Shown here in pieces: positions 42,965 to 53,601 of a stretch of 64,000 nt of DNA. The stretch is from Pelagomonas calceolata (Eukaryota): positions 3,410,001-3,474,000 of the forward strand of contig CAKKNE010000003.1 in assembly GCA_918797485.1 (NCBI GenBank), given 5' to 3'. The notes under the pieces were generated by a model that saw only the letters and a list, made by a program, of their open reading frames with translations, was not told the origin of the DNA and did not search any database. Position 1 is the stretch's first letter. Each line of letters opens with the position of its first letter. The position numbers and the translations under genes were made by a program.

Positions 42965-43612
42965 ATGACCACGAGGGAGGGCCGCCTGCGCGGCCGCGAC
43001 CTGGCCCTGGCCGTGGGCGCCGCGGCGCTCTTATTAGTTGTCGTATTGGCGGCGTCGATCCGCCACGACGCGCATTGTGAAAGGGGCGGCGAGGAGGACG
43101 CGGAAACCGCCGCGAGCCTCGCGCGCCAGGCGCTGGCCGCGCGGCTGCTGAGCGCGGAGCAGGAAGCTTTGGAGAACCAGCTCCTCGTGAAGCGCGTCGC
43201 GGGCTTGGTGGTGGAGGAACGAGCGGAGGCGGCGTCGTTTTCGGAACTGTACGGGGACGCGGACCTCCTCGCGCGGGCCGTCGACGCGGCGTTTTCGGAG
43301 GACCTCGCGGCCGCCTCGGCCCCGGGCTGGGCCGCGGCGGAGAGCTGGGCCGCGGCGCCGGAGGAGAACTGGGCCGCGCCGGAGCGGGACTGGGCCGCGG
43401 CGGAGCCCGAGGCGGAGGTCGACGACTTCGCGCGGCAACGCGACGCGGGCCGCGCCGTCGACGACGCGCGCGAGGCCGACGACGCCGCGGACCGCGCGCG
43501 CTGCGCCGCGCTGCGGGCCGCCTACGCCGTCGTGCCCGGCGTGTCCTGGGGGACCGCGCCCGCGGAGGCCCAGACCGAGTGGCGGACGCGCGGCTGCGAC
43601 GGGATGGGGTAA
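42965..43612 (+). CDS. Hypothetical single-pass membrane protein with WAA repeats and a small C-terminal Cys/Trp domain
   Basis: Hydrophobic N-terminal helix, WAAAESWAAAPEENWAAPERDWAAA repeats, and CAALRAAYAVVPGVSWGTAPAEAQTEWRTRGCD. Confidence 0.6.
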   Translation: MTTREGRLRGRDLALAVGAAALLLVVVLAASIRHDAHCERGGEEDAETAASLARQALAARLLSAEQEALENQLLVKRVAGLVVEERAEAASFSELYGDADLLARAVDAAFSEDLAAASAPGWAAAESWAAAPEENWAAPERDWAAAEPEAEVDDFARQRDAGRAVDDAREADDAADRARCAALRAAYAVVPGVSWGTAPAEAQTEWRTRGCDGMG

Positions 43613-43627
43613 GACGACAAATGTGAC

Positions 43628-44575
43628 TTATTCGGCGGCGCGGACGTAGGCCAACAAAAGCTCGTAGCACCGCAGATCCAGAAGCTTCCGCTGCGCCTCG
43701 TCGCGGTTCAGCCGGAGGCCCCGATTTCGATCGTGGCAGCGAACCAGTAACGCCGCGCGCCACAGACTCGCCTCGAGGTCCGCCTGCGTGAAATCGGGCG
43801 CCGGCCGCGCGACGGCGGCCCACAACTCCCGCGGGCCCGCCTCGTCGTTCACGCCGAGTTCCTTCTGGAGCAGGGCGTTGTCCTCACACCGCCTCCGGCA
43901 GACGACGCAGCCGGTGCGCGAGCACGGCGCGTGCGCGTGGAGGCGCTCGCTGAGGCGCTTCTCGGGCGAGCCGCGCGGCGGGTCGCGGCGGTCGCGGCGG
44001 TGGCGCGTCCAGCAGGCCTGGAGCGCGGCGTAGCTCGCGCGCCCGGCCGCGCGGCCGCCGGCGTCATCATCATCATCTGACGTGGACGCGTCGGCGGCGG
44101 CGTCGAGCGCGTCGAGGCACCGCCGGACGCGGCCGCCCGCGACGGCCCCCAGCACGCGCCGGAAGCGCGCGAGCGCCGCGGCGTCGAGGGGCGACGCCGC
44201 GCGTCTTGCGGGCGCCTCGCGATAGTCCGCGTCGACGACGCCGAAGAGCCGTTCCAGGGCGCGGTAGGCGGCCTCGGCGAGGCGGCCCGCGGCCGCGGCG
44301 ACGGCGTCCGGCGCCTCCGCGGCGGGCGGCGCGGGCGGCTTGGCCGGCGCCGCGGCCGGCGCGTTGTGGGGTCGCAGCGGGTCCGGCGGGCGCCGTTCGC
44401 GGCGCGGCGGCGGCGGCGGCGCGTCGGCGGCGAGGGCCCGCGCGACGGTGAGCACGCGCGCCCGGAGCTCCGCGAGGCGGCGCCTCAGTGCTGCCCCGTC
44501 TGATCCAGCCGGAGCCTCGGCCTCCTCGGCGATCTCGCGCAGGTCGCGGACCGCTCTTCGGCGGGCCGCCTCCAT
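43628..44575 (-). CDS. Hypothetical protein
   Basis: Open frame from ATG 44575 with plausible codon use and a Cys/His cluster HAHAPCSRTGCVVC. Confidence 0.5.
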   Translation of the reverse strand: MEAARRRAVRDLREIAEEAEAPAGSDGAALRRRLAELRARVLTVARALAADAPPPPPRRERRPPDPLRPHNAPAAAPAKPPAPPAAEAPDAVAAAAGRLAEAAYRALERLFGVVDADYREAPARRAASPLDAAALARFRRVLGAVAGGRVRRCLDALDAAADASTSDDDDDAGGRAAGRASYAALQACWTRHRRDRRDPPRGSPEKRLSERLHAHAPCSRTGCVVCRRRCEDNALLQKELGVNDEAGPRELWAAVARPAPDFTQADLEASLWRAALLVRCHDRNRGLRLNRDEAQRKLLDLRCYELLLAYVRAAE

Positions 44576-44705
44576 GGTTTTTGTGTTGCGGCAGCCCGAT
44601 GGCGTCGCACCAGCAGCCAACGATCGAGAAAAAGCGCCACGAAACCCGATTAAATTTGATTCACTCGCACAAACACCAGACGACGAATGACACGTACAAC
44701 AACAC

Positions 44706-45035
44706 TTACGCCGGCCCGCGCGCCTCACGCGCCGCGCGCCGCTTTGAACGCGCGGCCTCGAAGCGCCGCAACTCGTCCGTCACGTCCGCGTCGCTCCGCC
44801 GCATGTCCGCCCTCGCTGCCGCCTCGCGCAGCTCGCCGAGCAGCCGCAGCAGCTGGTCCGCCGCCCTCGCGATCTCCCCCGCGTGCAACTCGACCGCGTG
44901 CCCTAAATGCGTCGACTCGTCGACCGGGTCGCCGACGCGCGCCGCGCCCACAAGCCGTCGCAGGGCGCCGCGCATCTGCCGTAAGTGGGTGGCGGCCTCC
45001 TCGGCGGGGACGCGTGCGGGCTGGGTCGTGGCCAT
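44706..45035 (-). CDS. Small helical protein, possibly Mediator subunit 22
   Basis: LRRLVGAARV..HAGEIARAADQLLRLLGELR resembles the MED22 core; 109 aa. Confidence 0.5.
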   Translation of the reverse strand: MATTQPARVPAEEAATHLRQMRGALRRLVGAARVGDPVDESTHLGHAVELHAGEIARAADQLLRLLGELREAAARADMRRSDADVTDELRRFEAARSKRRAAREARGPA

Positions 45036-45354
45036 GGCGCGCGTCTGCCTCCGGGATGCCTGCTGCGCGGTAGCTCCTTCGGCGATGTATCTGCGCGCGC
45101 TAGCGGCCGTCGGCGGGCGATGTATGCTGCTCGCTATGGGTCCTATAGCAGCTCTGGCAGGCCTGTACAGCGTCTGTTTGTTTCAGCCAAGCGGGCTAGT
45201 AAGTCACGCCGCTAGCCCAGGTCGCCTTCATTTAGTCTCACATTTGCCCACATTATCGCAGTTGCTGTCCTGGGCATTGCTTTAAGCACTGCACTACTGC
45301 TGCGAGCCTGCTGCATGCACACCGGATAGAGGATAGCGCAAAATCGCTTCTCAA

Positions 45355-46854
45355 ATGGCCAGCAAGAAGAGGAAAGCGATTGACCTGACGGCGGACGACT
45401 CCGACGAGGCCGCGCCGGACCTCGCACAATTGCACCGCGAAAGGGAGGAACGCAACGGCTACCGCCTGCGGCGGCCGGGTGCGTCGTGGATCGGCGAGGC
45501 CAAGTATGACGACGACGAGGTCCGGGAGCTGCGGGAGCGCCTCACAAGGACGAACCACGGATCGCCCGGGCTCGAGGTGCTGCGCCCGGGCGAGGACGGC
45601 GGCTACGACGTCCAGCGCGCGGCGAGCCTGTTTCGGCGGGACGGCTCCGTCGTCCTGCTCGACGCGCTCGACCCGGCGCGACTGGAGGCGCTCCGCCGCG
45701 GCGTCGAGCGGGCAGCGGCGGTGGTCCCCTACGCCGTGCCCGCGGGCAACCGCGGCGCGCAGCGCTGGTCGCTCGGGGTGGCGTCGCTCACGCGGCAGCT
45801 GAGCCACGTGAAGGCCTGGGCGGACTGCGTGCACGTGCCGCGGATCGCGCCCGTCCTCGCGGAGATCATGGGCCCGGGCCACGTCTGCACGGGCATGGGC
45901 GGCGAGCTGACCGCGCCCGGCGCCGTCGAGTACCAGGAGCTGCACTCGGACCTGGGCGACGGCGACGTCGTCTACAACGGCGTGCGGATGAAGAACTGGG
46001 ACGCGCCGTCGGCGCCGGCCGTCGTCGTGAACTTCGCCGTCTCCGACCTGCACGGCCTCAACGGGCCCACGGCCCAGGTCACGGCGGCCGTCGCCGGCTT
46101 CTCGACGCAGACGCGGCGCTGCCCCGGCGACGCCGACCCGCGCCGGGACGAGTTCCGCCTCTCGACGGTCCTCGTCGGGGGCCGCCTGCCCGCCGGCTCC
46201 GTCGTCGTCCGCGACCCCCGCGCGTGGCACGCGGGCACGGTGAACGTCACGGCCGACGAGCTCCGGCCGCTGCCGAACGTGGAGTACGCGCCGGCCTGGA
46301 ACGCGGGCTGGTGCGCGCCGTCGATGCCGCCGCACGTCCACGCGGGCCTCGACGCCGAGGGCCGGCGCCTCTGCGCGCGCATCGTCGACGCGCCCGGCCG
46401 GGCCTACGGCTGGCGCGCGGAGCATCCGCGCGTCGACGGCTGGGCGCTCGGCAACCGCGACGCGCAGCGCGAGTACCGCGTCTACGCGGCCGCCCCGGCC
46501 GCTGTCGCCGTCCTCGAGCAGGACGACTACGGCGTCGTCGACGTCGGCCTGCGCGGCGCCCCGGGCGCGGCGGCGGACCTCGCCACGAAGAACGCCGACG
46601 CCGAGCCCCCGGTCTATCTCCCGGCGCCGGCGACGATCACCGCGCTCGATGTCTTCGAGCAAGGCGGCCGCGGCGTCGTCGACGTCCGGCTCGTCGGCGT
46701 CGACGCGGCCGGCGCCGCGGTGACCACGGCCCGCGCGTTCCCGGAGGGCTCCTACACCGCCCGGCGCACCGTCTCCGCGCCGGCGACGGGCTTCGCGGGC
46801 CTCGCCGTCCGCGAGCAGGACGGCTACGGCGTCGTCGACCTCAAGATCGTCTAG
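45355..46854 (+). CDS. Phytanoyl-CoA dioxygenase (PhyH)-like 2OG-Fe(II) oxygenase with a three-repeat C-terminal domain
   Basis: QELHSD, GSVVVRDPRAWHAGTVN..RP; repeats EQDDYGVVDV, EQGGRGVVDV and EQDGYGVVDL. Confidence 0.75.
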   Translation: MASKKRKAIDLTADDSDEAAPDLAQLHREREERNGYRLRRPGASWIGEAKYDDDEVRELRERLTRTNHGSPGLEVLRPGEDGGYDVQRAASLFRRDGSVVLLDALDPARLEALRRGVERAAAVVPYAVPAGNRGAQRWSLGVASLTRQLSHVKAWADCVHVPRIAPVLAEIMGPGHVCTGMGGELTAPGAVEYQELHSDLGDGDVVYNGVRMKNWDAPSAPAVVVNFAVSDLHGLNGPTAQVTAAVAGFSTQTRRCPGDADPRRDEFRLSTVLVGGRLPAGSVVVRDPRAWHAGTVNVTADELRPLPNVEYAPAWNAGWCAPSMPPHVHAGLDAEGRRLCARIVDAPGRAYGWRAEHPRVDGWALGNRDAQREYRVYAAAPAAVAVLEQDDYGVVDVGLRGAPGAAADLATKNADAEPPVYLPAPATITALDVFEQGGRGVVDVRLVGVDAAGAAVTTARAFPEGSYTARRTVSAPATGFAGLAVREQDGYGVVDLKIV

Positions 46855-46937
46855 CTATGTGATAAGTACCAAACAACAAGCGTCGTCGACCTCAAGATTA
46901 TATAAGTACCAAACAACAACCGTTAAATAATAACTAA

Positions 46938-49107
46938 TCAGAGGTAGTCCCGCCACCCGAACATCGCGCCGACCGCCGCCTTCTTCCCGAGCAGCTCCCG
47001 GTCCGCTTTCCGTGCCTCCGTGAACCGCCGCCCGTGCATCGTGATCGGCGAGCTATAGGGCCACATCCAGGACCAGTCCTCGCCTATATCTGTGTACCAA
47101 CCTTGCTCCCGGTCGTCGAACCGCACGCGAGCAAAGCCATGAGTGGTAGCTATATCATCCTCGTGGACCTCGCGGTCCCGCATACCTCTTCTCAAATCCT
47201 CGCAGTTCTCCGGTTCCATAAACGCATAATTCTTGTCGAACAACTCATAGCCAAGAGGGAACGCTGCGCCCACGAAGGACGTCTGGAAGTCGGGACCGCA
47301 GACCCGCACCCTATGATCATGCCCGAGCGCGACGAGGCGACACCGTAAACCATAGCGAGGATCACCAAAAAAATGCGACAGGTGCGACGACGTCAGGCGG
47401 GGAATGTTCCTGAGGTCCTCGAGTTCAGCTTGGCGCTCCTCCTCCCTCAACTTTTTCAGTTCCTCGTCGTTCTCGAGCCGTAGCATCTCGAGGTAGTGCC
47501 AGGCGTCGGCGGCCACGGCCGCCGCGACGGCGTCCGCCACGACGTCTCCGACGGGTTCCTCCTCCTCTTCGCTCGAGTAGTCCTCGTCCTCGTCCTCCTC
47601 TTCTACCTCTGGCGCAGAAGGACCGCCGCGGTCGTCGTACCGCAACCGGCGCTTCGCCGTCGCTTCCGTAGCTTTCCGCGGTACCCAGACGCCGCGCCAA
47701 GCCAGCTCATCTACCGTCTCATCTCGCTTACTCCTGTACTGGTAGTCGTTGACGCAGCGCCAGTCGACGCGCCGATCCGCCCTATCTCGTAGATCTCGGT
47801 CCGTAAGCGGCTCATCAAATCTCGCGCCGACCGCCACGCATTCGTCCACGCGCCTGCGCGGAGCATCAAAATCGAAAAATAAACCACCCACGCCATCGTG
47901 AGATGGACACGAGTCGTTTGAATGAAGTGAAGGCACCGCAGCACCGCGGGACGCCGCGAGCGCACTTCATGTGGTACGCGAAGTCGTCTTCTTCGCTCCG
48001 CGACGCCCACCTACTGACAGCACAAGCCATGGCCGCGCCCAACGACGCCACGTCCTGGTCGTGCGCCCCGTCCGCATCGTCCAAGGCCCAGTCCCTGGCG
48101 CGACGAGAGGGAAACTTCGGGTTTCCTCCAAAACGCTTCGGCAGGCGATTCCCATCCACCTCTGGGGGCTCGTCTTCATCTTCTGAGGAAGACGCCGCCT
48201 CCTCCTCCTCGTAGGCCTCTTTCAATAAAGCGCGCCTTCTTTGTAGCGTGACGTCGTCGTCGGAGACGTCTTCGCCGAGATAGGCGAGTTCGCAGCGGAC
48301 GTCTCTTGCCGCTCGTGATATGGTCGACGCGACGGGCGCCGCCTCCGGCACGGCTGCATGCCGTGTCCGCGCGTACAGCTCGACGAGCGCCGCTTTGTCC
48401 AAATTCCCGCGGCCCAGCGTCTCCCGTAGGTCGCCGACGCTCATGCGCCGCGCGTCGCGCGCCGCGTCCTCGTCGACACCGTGGCCGTTGCCGTGGCCGT
48501 TGCCGTGGCCATTACTCATATCCAGGTCGTCGTCGGACATGTCACAGCCGCCGCCGCCGCGCTCGTGGAGCACCGTGTTGGGCGGCGCCTTCCGCAGTCT
48601 ATTCTTCACGCGCTCGAGGGCGTCCTTGGGGCTATAAGGCACGCCCGCCCGGGCGCACATTTCCTTGAGCTTGCCCCGGTCGTCGGGCAGGTCCAGCACC
48701 GGGGGCTCCTCGTCGACTGGAGTCTCGTAGCCGCTCGCGGCGCGGCGCGCGGCGACGAGGCGCTCTACTAAGATAGGTTTCGTGCCGTCCGTCGCCTGGC
48801 CCAGGGCCTCGAGGGCCGCGCGGAGGTCCTCGACCTTCCAGCGCTTCAGCTTTTTAGGATCGATCTCCGCGTCCGCGGCGGCCGGCGCCGGCGCCGCGGT
48901 CGCGGCCGGCGCGGGCTCGGGCTCGGGCGCGGGCTCGGCCGCCGCCGCGGGCTCGGGCGCGCCGCTCGCCGCCGCGCGCCGCGCCTCGATGAGCCGCTCG
49001 ACGAGCGCCGGTTTATTCCCTTCGGTCGAGCGGCCCAGGGACTCGAGCGCGGCGCGCAGCTCCTCTACCTTAAGACGCTTGAGCTTCTTCGGGTCGAGCT
49101 CCGGCGT

Positions 49108-49152
<45 letters not shown>

Positions 49153-52100
49153 TTCGGTCTCGGCGTCGGCCGCCGGCGCGGGCGCGGGCGCCGCCGGCGC
49201 GGCGGCCGGCGCGGCGCCGTCGTCCTCCATGGCGTCGCCGCGGCGCGCGGCGACGAGCCGCTCGACGAGCGCCGGCTTGTGCCCGTCCGTCGCCTGGCCA
49301 AGCGCCTCGAGCGCGGCCCTCAGCTCCTCGACGCGCCAGCGCTTGAGCTTTTTAGGATCAATCTCGGCGTCCGCATTCGCGGCCGGCTCGGCCGGCGCCG
49401 GCGCCGGCGCGTCGGCCGGCGAGGGCTCGGCCTCCATCTCCACGGGCTCGGGCGCCGCCGACGCCGCGCGCGCCTCGATGAGCCGCTCCACCAACGTCGG
49501 CTTGGTGCCCTCCGTATCACATCCAAGACCTTCGAGGGCGGCCCTTAACTCCTCTACTTTAAGACGCTTGAGCTTCTTCGGGTCGAGGGCCGGGTCCACA
49601 TCGTCTACTCTCACCTTCTTCGCCGGCGCCGCATCGCCGTCGTCGTCCGACAGCGGGCGCTTCGCCGACGGCGCCTCCTCCGCCTCCGCCGCCTCCGCGG
49701 CCGCCGTCGCCGCCGCGAGCCCGGGCCGGACGTCCTCCGAGACCGGCGCGGCGGCGGCCGGCGGCGAGGGCGCGCGCCGCACCGGCTCCCGTCCAGCTAA
49801 TAGGGCCTCGCGCTCGAACCACGGCAAAGCGGCCAAACGCGCCGCCTCCGCCGCTGTTTTTGCGGCATCGCGATCCGCGGCCTCGACCCGCAAGACTGAT
49901 GAAGGGCGCGTCTCGTCCACTTTGACACCCTGCGGTATGTCCCGCAGTAACCGCCGCCGTGACAACGGCGCCTTCTTCTTGGGCCGCCTTCTATAAAGAG
50001 CGCGGCGGCGCCGCTTCGTCACTTCGTGGACGGCTCCGCTATCAACTATCTCTCTGACGTCTTCTGTGGTAGTAGTACTATCAACAACGAGGCCGTGCTT
50101 CGCGCACCATTCGGTACGAGAAGGTTCGTCGCCCTCCAGGAATACCGTAGCATCTAGCTCGTAATCATCATCAATCTTCTCTCCGTCGGGATCACTCGAG
50201 GCGTTCCTCAACAACACAGAATAGCTGGTTTTTGCCGTGAAGGCACTACCTCTTTCGACACATCGTTTGATGAGGTCCGCATCCGTATCGTTATCGATAC
50301 GACGGGACGGATAGATCACCGCCTCCTCGCTAACATCTTCCTCGGCATAGCCCTCCCGCAACGCATCGTCGTCATCATAATACGTCGAAGGCGCCTCGAC
50401 GTGGACGAACCCCGCAGATCTCCCGCACGACGCGACGCCCCATTCTTCCGGCGTCTTCGGCGTCGCAGGCTTAGCCTTTTCAAACTCCCGATCAAACTCG
50501 TCCCGCCAGGCCGGCCTCGCGCTCGATTCGTCGGATTCCGACGACTCATCATCTTCGTCGTCGTGCGACTCGTGGCCTTCCGGGTAGTCCTCGTCGTCGT
50601 CGTCTCTTTTCTCGCGCGAGGCCAGCCAGACGTCGTCCTCGAAAAGTTCTTTATCGGTCAGGACGACGCGCTTCTTCTTGGGGACGATGCCCAGCCGCTC
50701 CACCTCACTTTGGTCGGCATCAAAAACATAAGCGGCGCCGTCATTATAACCCTCACCACTGGCATCTAACACGACCGAGATCTTGTTGTGCGTGCAGCCG
50801 ACGTTCGTGATCCTCCAGGGTCTTTTCTCCTCTGCGCGTTTCTCTTCCAGAAAAGTTCGGTGCTCCTTAAGGAACGCTCCTGTTGTCGCATCTAACACCA
50901 CGACGCTATCCCCGTCGGAACACGCGATCCTATGTTCATCGACGGCACAACAAAGAGGCGCGCGAGGATATAAATCCTCGCCAAAAACAACGCGCCGCTC
51001 CCGGACCCATTGTTGCTCACCGTTGAAAATCACGCATGCATTCGTACAAGGCATCGCTACCAACGAACTCCCGGCGAAAGCGAGGGCCCACCTGGCATCT
51101 CTATCGTCGCCCTCCGCCGAATCTAACCTTAATAGCTTGAACTGCTTCGTACCGACGCCGTCGACCAAGTAGAGAGCCGATACCGATTCGCCATCCACGA
51201 GCCCCTCGCCCCCAATAACGGCAGCCGCCACGTCCTTGCAGGACACCGCAATAGCATGAGTCTCCGTAAAAGGAAATTTCCGCGACATTCTAGGCCAGCG
51301 GGCCCCTTTGATACCTTCCCTCACTCTCCAACAGGAAAAAACAACTCCATGCCTCTCGCAGTGGTAGGCCGCAACCACACAATCCGGCGCCTCGGCGGCT
51401 GCGACGGGTCCTCTTCTTCCGCATACGGAGGTGTCCTCCGCAATGACTCTTCCAGGCCGCATCCTGATGTGCGTCGCCTCGAAGTCCCGCGGCAGTAATT
51501 GGACCTGCTCGTCCGAATCGTCATCCGATGAATCGGAGTCGTCGTAGGTCCTCGAGCGTACGATATGTGCCGGCGCGTCCTTCGCGACGCGCGCCACCAG
51601 ACCGTCCACGAGGGATTTAATGGGGTCCGCGTAGTCCACCGTCGCGTACGTTTTTGAGTCTTCGACGTCCGTGCTTTCCAGACCTTCGAAGCGCAGGCAC
51701 CGCCTCACGACGTACGTCGCCTCCAGGAGGCCCCCGAACACCAGATCTCCGAACCACGCCCAGAGCTCCACCCGCCCGTCGTCGAAGGCCAACCCAATAT
51801 ACGCGCCGCACACGTCGATCTGCGTGATGACGGCTCGCGCGCGCGACGACTTCGGCTGGGCGAGCGTGACCCAGTTCCGCGGCGGCCCGCAGCCGAGCAT
51901 GGACGGTGTTTCGGCCTCAATAACATCTGGTTCTATTATAGCGCAGGGCGGCCCCGGCAATCCGGTAGTGTCCATGTGTTCCGGTTCGACCCACGACACG
52001 TCCCGCGTCAATAGATCGTAATAATACGTCCTATTCGACGTGTGGCACCAGGCCTTGTGCCATAGTCTAGGTTGGCCCTTGTATGGGTCGTCGTCGTCCT

Positions 52101-53076
52101 CATCACTTGAAGGTTCGACGTACCGCAGCGGCTCCGGCAACTCTCTCTCCTCGCGCTCTTCGATCTCGCGCGGTATCAATTTGGATTCCGTGCGCGGGAC
52201 GTCGTAACTCAGCGTCCGCGGGTCCAATTCTAAGGCTCTTCTGTCTAAATCTTGATCAATGGGCCAGCGCGGCCCGGGCGTCGGTCGCGGCCGCGTCGCG
52301 ACGCGCGGCGCTTGCGGCCGCGGCGCGAGTAGGCTGAGGGCGCCCGTCAACGGCACTCGGGGCTTCGGCTTCGGCTTCGGCTCGGGCTTCTTTTCTACCA
52401 CTTTAGGTAGCGGCGCCGCTACTACTTTGAGATGTTCCGGGGCGATGGCTTTTCTGCCCATGTTGTAGACGCCGATCACTAACTGCCCGCGCGCCGCGCA
52501 GCGCGCGACGGCGCCCACGCTGAACTGGTCGTCCGTCTTCTCCACTAGGCCCCGCTTGCCATGGCAATCGACATGGGGGCCGCCCACTACTCGAACTTCC
52601 GCTCCTTCCGGCGTGTCCATCGTCGCCAGCGGCGCATCTGCTTCGCCGTCCGTCTGGAGGCGGACGCGCTTCGGCGGCGCTGGCGGCGCCGGTGCCGGCG
52701 CCGCGGGCACTGGCGCGTCGGTGTCCATGGCCGCGGCGGCGGGCGCCGCGGGTGCTGGCGCCGGCGCCGCGGGTGCTGGCGCCGGCGCCGCGGGCACCGG
52801 CGCGTCCGTGTCCATGGCCGTGGGCTGCTCGGCGGCCGCGGCCGGCTCGGGCCCCGGCGCGGCCGGCGCGGCGTCCGGCGCCGCCGGCGCGTCCGTGTCC
52901 ATGGCCGTGGGCGCGGGCGCCGGCCGCGGCGCGTCCTGCGCGTCTTGCGGCGGCGCCGCCGCGCTGCTCGCCGCGGCCGCCGCGACGGGCGCCGCGCTGC
53001 TCTCTTCGGCCGCGGGCGGCGCGCTTGTCGCTGGCGCCGGCGGCAGGGCTGCTGCCGCGCCAGCGTCGTTCTGCAT
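46938..53076 (-). CDS. Large protein with WW domain, putative beta-propeller region and four SAP domains; two exons
   Basis: WW motif WHKAWCHTSNRTYYYDLLTRDVSWVEP and four LKRL/WK/RVEE/DLRAALE.LG..T.G.KP.LVERL repeats. ORFs 47866-53232 and 46938-47936 join in frame (HMK|RVDEC) via the GT-AG intron 47965-47854. Confidence 0.8.
47854..47965 (-). other. 112-nt GT-AG intron resembling pelagophyte introner-type repeated introns
   Basis: GTGCGCTCGCGG...GGGTGGTTTATTTTTCGATTTTGATGCTCCGCGCAG. Removing it restores the frame. The family resemblance is from recollection and is untested. Confidence 0.65.
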
Positions 53077-53601
53077 CGTTTTGCTGTTCTTTGGACTTGT
53101 GCTCACACGTGTAAGCGCGCCACAATTCGTATTCTCCGACGCGATTGCGCGACCTGCGATTTTGAGCCGCACGACCCGGGTTTTACAATTTTTGCACGCA
53201 GAGCTTGCTTTTTGCGTTGCTGCCGGCTGCAATATCGGCCAATCGCGGTTTCGTCAAGGCAGAGCAGCGTAGCTGCCTCGCGTCAGCGATTCAAGGATTC
53301 AAACCTCAGAGATGACCGCGAGACGCGGGAGACGCGGGACAGCTACGGATGGCGTCGGACGCATAGAAACCAGCCTTCCGACGGGTAGTCGCCCAAGGGA
53401 GAGGCCTCGCGCGGACTTTTCTGGCTTGCTAGTGTCTTTACAGACGCTAGCTAGCTCGAGCTGCGCGCGCGCGCTGCGTTACGGGGCACATCGCTGCAAT
53501 ATCGCGAGCTCCGAGCACAGCTGCGACCCCGCCGCGGCAGCCACGCTCGCTGCACGCGCTGCGGCCACGCAACCGAGCCCACTGGGCGCGCAAGGGCCAC
53601 T

